Assembly: GCA_001642005.1 (NCBI GenBank)
Contig: LWCA01000092.1
Location: 1-56,049 of the forward strand
DNA from: Intoshia linei
Lineage: Eukaryota; Animalia; Orthonectida
DNA: 56,049 nt
Reading direction: 5' to 3'
Shown: positions 39,801 to 51,100 of the stretch, piece after piece
Layout: the number at the start of each line of letters is the position of its first letter
Numbering within the stretch: the stretch's first letter is position 1
The notes under the pieces: generated by a model
Told to the model about the DNA's origin: nothing
The model's database searches: none
Seen by the model: only the letters and a program-made list of their open reading frames with translations
Program-made: the position numbers and the translations under genes

Positions 39801-42800
39801 TTTTAAAGTTACATCACCCTTAACAGCTTTCTTTACATCATCAACGTCAGTTTTGACTGCATTATTCATTAATATTGCCAAATTCAATCCATTTATATTA
39901 GCGTATACTTTCACTTCACCGGGTTTTCCTGGTTTTATTTTGAATTTGTACTCACCGTCATCATTTTCCAATTTAGCTTCGAGTAATTTACCGTCTTCGT
40001 CAACTGCATAGATATCCAAAACCGTTTTTTTTTCAGGATCAGCTTTTCTAGTGTCAATTTCAATGGTTTCAGCGTTATTCGTATTAATACTGTCTGGAAC
40101 ATTACTCACAATAATTTTAGATGGATCAAATGAATCGAGTAAATTTATTACTGGACAAAGGAATGGAGAATCTTTGATATTTTTTCCGTCTTCCAAAACA
40201 TTAATTTGATATAATCCCTCCATATTTGGTGTATAATCGAGAGATAATTTATTTTCGTCTATGAATTTTTCTTCAACTTGAACCAAATTTCCTTTAGGAT
40301 CACGAATATCAAAAGTTAAATCGTCTAAAACGGATTTCGATTTTGCGGTAACGTCAATTTTAGCTGGGAAATTTTTCAAACAGAGTGTAACACCGTTTCC
40401 AACACACGTTGCATTTTCAGGAGCTATGTCGTCGACTTTTACAATATAAGGACTGCTTGCAACATCTTTATTGTCATAAAGTATACTAACTTCATAATCA
40501 CCAGGTTCTTCATAGCAAGGCTCGATTTTGTAATAATTTGTGGCGTCTTTTTTATCGATGCCCAATTTCTTCATTACTTTTTCAATTAAATTTGGTTTAT
40601 CCTTTATTTTTTCAATTTCTGCGTGTTCAATGTTATCTGAATTTGGTCTCTTAACTTTACATACTAAATCAGCGTCACCGGAATCTGTCACGTTAACATA
40701 AATTGCTTTGTCGTCATCGTTTGTATTTAGTCCTTCATTGAATATTCCCCGACCAAAGACTTTAACTTTTGCAGGATCAAATGCTGATTTTTCTATTACT
40801 TCAATTTCCTTCTTTTTTAGTTTAGTTCTTCCATGTTTAACACATGCATTCAATTTACCAACCTTTTCTGGAGTATACTCAATATTATGTTCCATTTTTT
40901 CTGGGTTGTAGTCATTTAGTACCTAAATCGCACATAAAGCACAATTAATATTAAAAAATTTTTAAATGAATAAAATGTAACAGGCATTAATCGTAAAATA
41001 GAATTAATTAAATTATACAGATTGACATATAGGCACGGGTATTAGAAAATGTTATTTATATTCATATTTAAAGATCCCAATAATTTTTTTTAAAATTGCC
41101 AAAATTATCCATTAAAAAAAATTGGAGTTCAACCAATATTTTTATAGATTCTAGACTTATATTAAAGTGTAATATTATAAAAAAATTTAGTTTATAGACA
41201 TCATTGCATAATGATCTTCTAAAAAGTTTTAAATGTGTGAGTTATTAATTCATATTAGATATGTTCGTTTCTATTACATGCATTAATAATATAAATTATA
41301 TTATTAATTAATTTACCTTTAGTTTTTTTCCTTCATCGTTTTTAAGAATAACATTCAAATGACGTGGGTCATAGTCCTTCAGTTCAGAATCAATTTTTAT
41401 TAAAAAATTTGTTGGTTGATCTACTGTAACGGGTTTCTCACTTTCTCCTATACCAGCACCTTCAAATTGAACATATTTCGGATCGATTATTTTTGAAATT
41501 GGTGCGTCGTCTGAAACTTTTGCTGATGGGAATTGAACCAAATAAGTCAATAAACTCAGTTTATCAACATTTGGTTGCATCATATCTTCTGGTGTCATAA
41601 GCTAAAAATTTTAAAACATTTAAAAATAAATAAAACAACTCAAATAATTTAAATAGATATTAATTCATCAAATTATATATCCTGAAATAAAATATATCGG
41701 GTGTTCGTAAAGTTTGAAACGTAGCAGCCCATTTTATTAACATGAATTTCACCGGTCCCTTTTTAATCGCGTTCTTTTATTTTTGTAAAACTAGGTAATA
41801 TGTCAATATAAAGCGATACATGTATGTATAAAAACATTTTGCATTATTTTATTTGGTTGTCCCACTCGTAAATACAGAACTATATCATAAAATTATAATT
41901 TCATACCTTAAAGGACTTTTTTTGGTTTATATCAGTAATAATTTACATTACCGACATTGATGTTCTTAATATTACTTACATGTATACATTAGAACCGAAA
42001 TATTCATGAATTATATATAATACTGTTTTCCAAGAACACTATTTCAAAATTCATTAATTAATTAAAAACTTTGATAAATTTTTTGGTAGCATTCTATTAT
42101 TACGTATATAAGATAATATACGTGCATTATTATATACGCCCATAATTTTTAAAGTGATTGGGTAGTTTGATTGGATAGTGGTTGGAGATTGGTGGATTGA
42201 TTAATATAGTGTATCTAAAAACTATACAAAACCAGCTCATATTTAATCAGCTAGTCGTCTATTAAAAAAATTATTTCAATAAAAATCGTGTTGGCTTCTA
42301 ACAACTTTTGTAGTCCATAATTTTAGATTTCATTTGTATAACACAATTATTTTCATTCAATTAGAAGAGTCTTAAATCATATTAGAATCAAAATTTACCT
42401 TTGAAACATTCAAGTATTGGTCTGCCAAATCCATAGCTTTGGTTGTTCTTTCAACTGGACTTTCGTCTGTTTCAATGTGATCATCATATAATCCTAAAAA
42501 AATATATATTAAATTTATATAAAACAAGGAAAATAAACAGTATTTGTAATCTTGACATCAGTATAAAAAGTGACGACATAAGTATATTTGGGAAGACTTT
42601 CTTTCAATTTAGCTTTTAATGATAATTTATTAAATTAATAATGTGGCTCTTTAAAATGGATTTTTAGTTTCTACGTAAAAATTAAAAAAATTAACTTAAA
42701 AAAATAGTAAATATAGTTAAACCAATGTTTTCCAAATTTTTTGTGTGCTAGGCTCCACTTTAACTCTTAAAAAATACGAGGCACAACGGAATTACAAAAA

Positions 42801-44961
42801 TTACCTAACAGTCTTTTTTTGAGCTGATATAATAATTAAATTAAAAAAAAATTATTATTAATTCAGTGACAATTTTTTACTACAAAAAAAAACTATAATT
42901 TTCTACTAAATTACAAATCGAAAGTATTCACATTGTCGAAAGTGTAGCGAATTATAATATTTATTTTATAGAATTAATGATATCACTGAGCCTGACTATT
43001 CTTACAGATTTTCTTAATATCAGGTATGACACATGGGAATCTTTTACGTATGTAAAATTTAAGGTCAGTGGTTACATTACGTTTACTAATTAAAATTAAA
43101 AAAACACCAAATTCTATTACGGTTATTACAAATTTCAGTCTCAGAAATTGAATCCTTCAGAATCAAAAAAACAAATTATTTTTTTTAATATATAATAAAA
43201 TCAGTTTTATAATTTTAAACAACATAAATTCTGGAACTCGTTTTAATATCATTACCATTTTCGTAAATCTCAACCTCAGAAATGTACCTCTTCATGGCCA
43301 CACCACCAAATTACCCGTTTTTTGAAAAATGGGAAAAATTAAAGCATTTTATAATACATAAATTCTGGATATTTTTTTACATCATGAGCATTATCATAAA
43401 CCACAACCTCAAAAACTAGAAATCTGTTAAAATGCGATCCTCAGCAGAGTTTGATAGACTATATGAACCTGTTAAATTAAAATTATCAAAAATTTCATTT
43501 CAATGGTATACTCCACTGATGAAAACCAAATCAAATGTGGTGTGTTAATTTTCAGATTATATTGACTGTATATTTGAAAATTATTTTTTGGTGAGTTTTT
43601 AAATAAAAAAATTATTTTGCATCCTTACCGATTCTACATAATACTAAAGTTAAACATATTTGTTTTTTCTTAACCATTTTCGGAAACATTTCATACAACC
43701 CAATTTTTAACATATTAATTCTTAATAACCTTTAATAACCGGCGCACCGGTATGAAAATGCTGTTCTACATCATTAGTGTATGTGTAATAAAAGTTAGAG
43801 CCGAACATACTAAGCCCCAGGCCAGCGGAAAATGAAAAATAGGGCCCTAAAAAATTCACAAACGATGTGTAGTTTCATAACCTCCAAGGGTTTTGTTTCG
43901 ACATTTTAAGTTTAACACACAAAATAATTATCATATTTAAGAATAAAATTTTTAAATGCTCAATTTGGAAAAATGATAACCCCATTTTACAAAAATTACG
44001 TCAATCCCTCTGATGAGGTCTCGTGTACTGTAGGTTCGGTTCTGGGTAATATTTATTAATTATAATAACAATGCAGTGCATTACAATAAAAAATATTCAG
44101 AGTGGTAAAAAATTAAGTCAATTATAAATTATACCCAAAAACTTTAAAAATGAGTAAAAAAATATATATAATATGTTATATTTGTTAACAAATATATACG
44201 TCAATTGGGAATAAAAATTAACCTGGAGCACATGCATCAACAATAGAAGCTAATCTATGTCCATCATCCCACCCTGCACAAATATTGCCAATTTTGTCAT
44301 CGGGTAACATATCTTTAACCCATTTAATGAGTTTATCTTCACTGGTCATTTTAGTTTTATTAAGATCATCTTCACTATCGTCGTCATAATCGAGTGATTT
44401 TATTTGAAAATTTAAAATCAAGGTCCACACGAATGCCAATAATAATTTTTTGTCCTTATTCATTAAGGCTTGACTATCTAAAAAAATTTTTTATTTATTT
44501 ATTAATTATTGAATAATTGTATTGCTATTGATTTAATGTTAAAATTATTAATGTTTAAATTATTGAAATAAATTACCGATACTTGGAAAAACAACGCCAT
44601 CCTTTTGGAAATTATCTAGAGCAATAGAAATGTTATCCAATTTTTGATTAACCATTTTTGATTTTTTATTATACTTTGTTATCTTTTTACTCGACAAAAT
44701 CTCATACAGATGAATTACAGTCATGTCGTTAAAATCGTCATCCATATTATCAAACTTGACATTTGATTTATTCAGTAAATTTTTTATCCAGGCCGTAAAA
44801 GTTCTTCTTTGTACATTTTTCCAATCAGATATTGGAGCTTCTAAAAATAAAGGTAAATAAAAAAAGGAATGTAAAAATGTAGTAAAATTAAAAAATCAAA
44901 AAATTAAAAGACTAAGTAAATGTTAAAGCTTACTAACGCTTTTTAATCTAGCTTTACTCAT
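30844..44961 (-). CDS. Filamin-like protein, full length (CH1-CH2 actin-binding domain, Ig-FLN repeats, C-terminal dimerisation repeat), about 2,340 aa
   Basis: Approximate exons 44961-44934, 44840-44577, 44477-44223, 42493-42399, 41601-41318, 40923-38782, 38641-38447, 36701-36332, 35414-35200, 34724-31747, 31082-30938, 30890-30844. DWKNVQRRTFTAW, LAFVWTLILNFQI, NVDKLSLLTYLVQFP, many GPG / GSPF repeats, C-terminus WGDDHIVGSPFYIHAV. Confidence 0.93.
34161..34232 (-). repeat. Coding 24-bp tandem repeat, 3 copies (KSDKKSKP), inside a Ser/Lys-rich filamin insert
   Basis: gattttttatctgatttaggtttw units at 34161, 34185 and 34209. Confidence 0.9.
35492..35850. mobile_element. hAT-Charlie-like MITE in filamin intron
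   Basis: caagggttcttaa ... ttgagaagccctg; flanks gtatatta / gtatatca. Confidence 0.75.
37102..37902 (+). mobile_element. Internally deleted hAT transposon with transposase remnant, antisense in a filamin intron
   Basis: ORF fragments FSLTLDEYT, TTDGASVMMK and DVKTRWNSLLIMIE are hAT catalytic motifs; taaccg/taatcg subterminal repeats at both ends; flanks tgatgagaa / taatgagaa. Confidence 0.88.
38030..38325. mobile_element. Long-TIR (about 60 bp) foldback-like element with ~29-bp internal repeats
   Basis: cttaaatccagccatttttactaaaaatcaaaatgtaccaaccttaaggaaaaattcac (38041-38099) is nearly the reverse complement of 38250-38308; the right end is ...cccc|ttaa; a related end lies at about 380-465. 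Confidence 0.75.
43796..44044. mobile_element. MITE (CAGAGCCGAACCT family)
   Basis: tagagccgaacatac ... gtaggttcggttctg (12/15); related ends near 12110, 18766 and 36792. Confidence 0.7.
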
Positions 44962-45121
44962 ATCAAAAAATGTGGTTAATAAATGAAAATAAGATATTTA
45001 AATGATGGCACAATATGTCAATATTAGTATATCTGTATTAAATATATCCCAGTAATGTTTATATTGCGTAAAATATGATGTAAGACAAAGATAATTTCTT
45101 AAAAAATGTAATTAATCATTA

Positions 45122-48100
45122 TTAATTGTATATACCTGGAGCTAATATTAATGTTTCAAACGGAGTTTTATGTATTTTTTGGTTATCAACCCACAAAGAA
45201 ATGAAATATTTTCCTTCTTTTTCAGGTAGGAAAGTGCACATTAATTGAGTACTATTTATTCGAATTAAATCAACTGAAGGTTGAGATGGACCAAATATTT
45301 TTAATTGTAGTTTTTTGGTAGCATACTCTTTATTTATGATTATATAAAATGTGGTAGGTTTAGTCGCAATTCCACACATTAATTCGTTACCATAAATAAT
45401 ACAACCATCATTAATGTCACATTCGGGTATCATAAAGGTGAGTTTATTTGGAAACATTAACTTTTCTCCGCAATGGTATACAAATTGATAAATTCCACTT
45501 TTTTTTGTCAAAAATTCAATCATGTACGCATCATATTTATAATTCATAATGACTTCAGTAATTTTGATTGGTACGACTTCGTTAGCCGTTAAAACATTTT
45601 TAGTAATATCCAATAGATCCGATACATTATATTCGTGAACAACACGATTATTTCTTTTAATTTCAATTACATTTTCTGTTACAGGGTGGATATTTGTTTC
45701 TTTAGACAATTGTGTGTCTTCATGAGTTGGCTCACAAGTAGATTCGAAATTATCGGAAATGTGTAATAAGCAAATAGTAGTTTCCTCAATTGGTTCCAAA
45801 TATGGTAATAATATTTTATGAGTTTGTGTTTTAATAATATCATCAGTATAAACAATATATGGTTCTTTAATTGCAATGTCATCAACCAAAATGCAAATTG
45901 ATAATTTTTCGTTTCGCATTAAAGGTGTAAACGTAAAAGTGTAAACAAATTTAGTTTCAATATTTTCACCTTTTCTAATCATTTTTTTAGTGGAGCATGC
46001 AACCAATTTACCATCAAAGGCATAAATTTGAGCGACAACGTCTTTAGCTTCATAATTTGTCAAATGTAATTCAAAAACATTTGGTATATATACAGCGCTC
46101 ATACACGTATCGATACATTTTCCGACAACCTTGCTCTAGATTTATAATTACGTTTTATATCAATTAATTAAAAAATATTAAATTTACCTTTAAAAGATTA
46201 TCCATTTTATCAATCAATTTTGGATTATGGCTTGCTTCAATAGTTGCAGATTTTACAATTTTATTGTTTACTGTCACAGTAAAGGGGTATTTTCCAAGTT
46301 TATCAATTTTATAGACTACACAACAAATATCTTTATATGGGCTTAATTTTACTTTAACTGGAATTGATTCATTTTCAAAGTTTACTTTGACGTCAGCGGA
46401 ATTGTAGCATGACACACAAAAGTAAGTATCAACATTTAATTGGCAATGTTTCAATCCTGGACCAAAAATGTTTATGTTATCGAGTACGTTTAATGTTATG
46501 TAGGGTTCACCGATTGGGTATCCTCCAATATCGAGCATAGCTGTGTGTAAACCAGGTTTATTTGGAACGAAGCTGAAAGTTTTTAATGAATCACATTTTG
46601 GATCAACAGACATGTTAACTTCACAAGGTAGGCCCAATGAATCTACAACTGTCAAATATAATGGCGCTTCTTTACTTTTTGATAAATCTACTTTCACCAT
46701 ATTTTCATCGTTCAATTTTGCGAATCCATTTTCAAATGGCAATGACTCAACAGTAATCTAAAATAATATTAACATTCAATTTTTTGAATAAAATAAATTA
46801 GGGATAGCAAAGGTTTTTTTATTTAGATGTTAGTTAATTATCATGGAATAAACATGTATATATCAAGCACATAACGACAATATTACACATGATCAGAAGG
46901 AGGGGTTTTAAAATGTTTTGGTTCAATTTATGTTACATTTAATTCAATTTAATATAATATTGATTACATCCTTACTTATATAATATGGTATGAAATATTT
47001 GTGTGAGTGTCCAGCTTTATTTAAATAACTACCCGTCTTAGAATTTTATAAAGTCCACACTTCAGTTAAATTTTTTTTCCGGGGGTGTTCGCAAACTTAA
47101 TTTCAACCTTCCAAACTCACATCTTATGGGTCAAAAACCTCAATTGTCCTTTTTTTGAAAATCAAACAAGTTGGAGAATTTAAAAAAATATATACGCTGA
47201 TACGGATCTTAAAATCATAAATAATATCATAAATTTAAATTTATGATAAATAAAAACCAATAAACCAAAATACCCTTTTTTTAATGAAAACAACCCTAGA
47301 CTTTAAAAAAATTTACAGGTTGTACAGTTGTATCCTGTTAACACACACAAAAAATTTCAATCTGAATAAGTGACGACTTCACGATCAAAAAAGCATTTTA
47401 GTATTAATATATTATTTTGTTCCGAAATATTTTATTAAAACAAAAACTGTGAAATATTTAACGGTCTGAAAATTAAAAAAAAATAATTGTAATTGTGATA
47501 GAGCTTATGCCAGTTGATATAAATACAAAATATAAATCCCAAAAATTTACGCATTCCAAATAAAAAATAATTTTTAATATATTATCAACAAAATTTTTAC
47601 CATACTTTGAGTAAAATAAAAATTAAAAATGTAAATATATCGTAATGTAATTGGTATATCTTAGATCAGTGATTTTCGATTCAAATAATGCAGGGACCCC
47701 ATTTAAAAATATTTATTTTTTTATACCCCAAAGGAAACATGAAATATCAAAAAAATACTGGAAAAAGAAAATTTTTTATTTTGTGGTTTCATTAAGTGGA
47801 TTTTTCCCTGAGGGTTTAAAATTTAATTTTTTATTAAATTTTATTAATGGATAGACAAAAGTGACATTTTTTAAATAATAATGTAATGATCGTCTAGGCT
47901 TTGAAATAAATTCCCAACATTTGGTAACTGTAATAAATATTAAAAATTCTCCTATAAAAATAAACAAAACTTGATCAAATTTTTTTCATATTTTATTTGA
48001 ATTTCACGCATCTCCAGGCACATAGTTTTGGACCCCGATCGGAAACCACTGTCTTAAATCATTATGGATGAAAAATTTGAAAAAAAAATAATTTATCAAA

Positions 48101-51100
48101 AATTTGATATCCTATTAACTAGGGGTGTCAGACTCAATTTGCATATGGGTAAGATATGAAAAAAAATTATTACGGGGTTCGCACAAAAAAATAACTTCAT
48201 TAATAAAATTATTAAACTAACAGTTTTAATTAATTAATAAAATAAAATAAGAAAGACTAGCTCAATTTTTTTTGATGCTTTGAATACAATTTAAATAATA
48301 TAAATACCCAGAATTCAAAAAATTAAATTGTTAATAAAATCAAAAAAAATGAACTAGAAACAAATTTAAAAACATAAACAGTATAACTGAACATGGAGAA
48401 CAATATTATAAAGTCGGTACCATGTTTAACAACTCAAAAGCCAATTTCCGTTAAAATAAAGTTTAGTTTTAATTTATCCATAATAGCGATTAATTTTAAT
48501 TTTAAAGCGATATTTAAAATGGCAAACGTAGCTCGAATAGATAGCGTTAAATGCTTTTTGATTGCAAATTAGTTTTTCTATTTTAAAAATACACCTTTTT
48601 AGTGCTAAATGCCCATTGAATGCTAAAATTGTAATTATGAATAAATAAATCATGAAAAATATATAATAAATCTGTAAAAAATTTTATAACGTTGTCTAAT
48701 TGACACCCCTTCTCTTAACTTACAAATAACTCAATCTTGCTAAAGCAACTTATATAATTAATTAAATTAAGATTCAGCGAACATTTTGTGGTGAAATAGG
48801 AGTCAGTCGAGTTTAAATTTTAAGTCTATCTATAAGTATGAGTCTTGCATATCTTGTCCTGTAGGTCACTTAAATTGAAATAATTATATTTCATTTTCTA
48901 AAGAATGGTTTATTATATTATTTTTTATAAATTTGTATTATATCAATAATGCGTAAACTTTTCAGTGATTTTATAATATAGTGACACAAACTTTCATAAT
49001 TTCTGTTTAATGTGATTATTTTTATAAGAAAAGAAATGATTTCGTAATAAAGGGTCCAAAAAATTATTTTTTTAATTATAATATTATATGGATAAGTCGT
49101 CAAATTTTTTTTAATGCGAATTTGGGTCGCCTAGTTAAACAGGTTAGAAAGCGCTTGTGTAGAGAGTAAATCTAAAAATCGGCAGATAATTCAAATCACC
49201 TTGCTCTAAATATTAAACCAACTTACCTTATCAAGATGGAATTTGACATTATCGGGTTTAGCATATAATACATATGGACTCATTGCAACATGAATACCAT
49301 CAATTTTTATCGATATAGTATAAATTCCTGAAGTTGGTGGTGTATAATTAATTTCAATGACATCTGACAAAATATTTTTGACAGTATACTTGCAAGGCAA
49401 ATCGGAATCAATGGTTATATCTACAAAAAATTATATAATGAATAAACTTAAGACATTACCAAATTCTTTGCTAGTCATATTTTGATTTGAATCTATTCTG
49501 AAACAAGTCGTGTAGCCTGCTATGGCACGCTGAATACCTGGTCCATAACAGGTAATTGAAGTATATTTTGGATGAGTTACGTTAATTTCATAAGGAGATC
49601 CGTTAAATGCTAGGCTTCCACATTTAAGTTCCAAATAATATTTTCCTTCTTTATCAGGGGTATATTCAAAAAAGTAATCACAACGTATTTTGTCTTTAAA
49701 AGATAGGTTTAATTCAACAAATTCTTCTGTAACTTTAATTGGAATTATTTCGTCGATTGTTTCGTCTGGATTAATTAATTTCACTGAAATTTCTGAATTT
49801 TTAGAATTTTTGTTTTTTATAAACACTGGCACAGTTTCTCCAGTTTCCATTCCATTCTTAAGTATTCCTTTTCCATAAGCTTCACAAGCATTTATATTAA
49901 CGAGACCGCCATCCGTATCAACTGCAAAATTGCAGAAAAATGGAGACCCATAAACTTCGGTTTCATCATAGTAAACATAAATGTAATGATTGCCACTTTC
50001 TACAGGATAATAATCGGCCACAAATCGTTGGTAATCTTCATTATAACAAACGTTAATGTCACATTGGGAATCATGTAATGAATTTTTAATTTGTACTTTA
50101 AGTTCTCCAACGTTTTCAGATTCTTTATCCAGTTTAGCATAAATTATCTTTTTTTCTTTAGTTTTTCCATCAAGTAACCCAGACCCATAAAGTTGAACAG
50201 TATTAGGTTCATAAGGTTGTATATATAGACAGAAAGGGCTTTCCGAAATTTCATCGTTTGTATCTAAATCTTTTATGCGAACCTCGTGGTTTCCAGCTTG
50301 AGTGGGCTTATAAAGCAACTTTAAAACTTTATCGTCTAATACTAGCACAGGAGAATCTGTAGATCCATCTGGACAATCAACGGAAACTGAAAAACATTCT
50401 GGCGCTTTTGTTTCCATAATAGGAACTTCACAAATTGTAAATTCTTCGTCTATATTAAACCGCAATCCAGCTTCGAAATCTAATAAATCTTTTACAGTGA
50501 CATCCTGTCCTTCAATTGTATTTTTATCTTCTGTCAGCACTTTTTTAGTAGTTAATAATGCAATATTGATTCCTGAAACATCAGCATATAATGTAGCTTG
50601 GCCAGCCATTTTAGGTTTTAAACTGTAAATGTACAAACCATCTTCAATTTCTTCTAATAAACAATCGATAAATGTATTGTCAGAGTTTATTGTGTACATA
50701 TTTAAAATACATTCATTGTAAGGATCTGCTGCTCTCAAGTCCACTTCAATTTCTGTTACACCGTTTACTGTGACACGATCTGGTAATTTTGTCATTTTTA
50801 TTTTAGTTGGGTCAAATTCTGGATTTATATCCACGACTGTGCACAAGAATGGTGAATTTTTAACTTCTTCATCGTCCTTCATAATGTGAATTTTGTGTTC
50901 TCCGAGGACATTTGGAACATATTCCAATTGCATAGTTTTATCGTCAATTAATTTTTCAGTAACTTCAATTTTTTCTCCGGTAGGATCAATTACTTTGTAA
51001 GACATACTTTCAAATTTCTCATTGTCTTTCAATTTAATTTCAAATTTAGCTGGCATTCTGGCTGGAGATGATTCTAAACCACCACCAAAACAATCAATTT

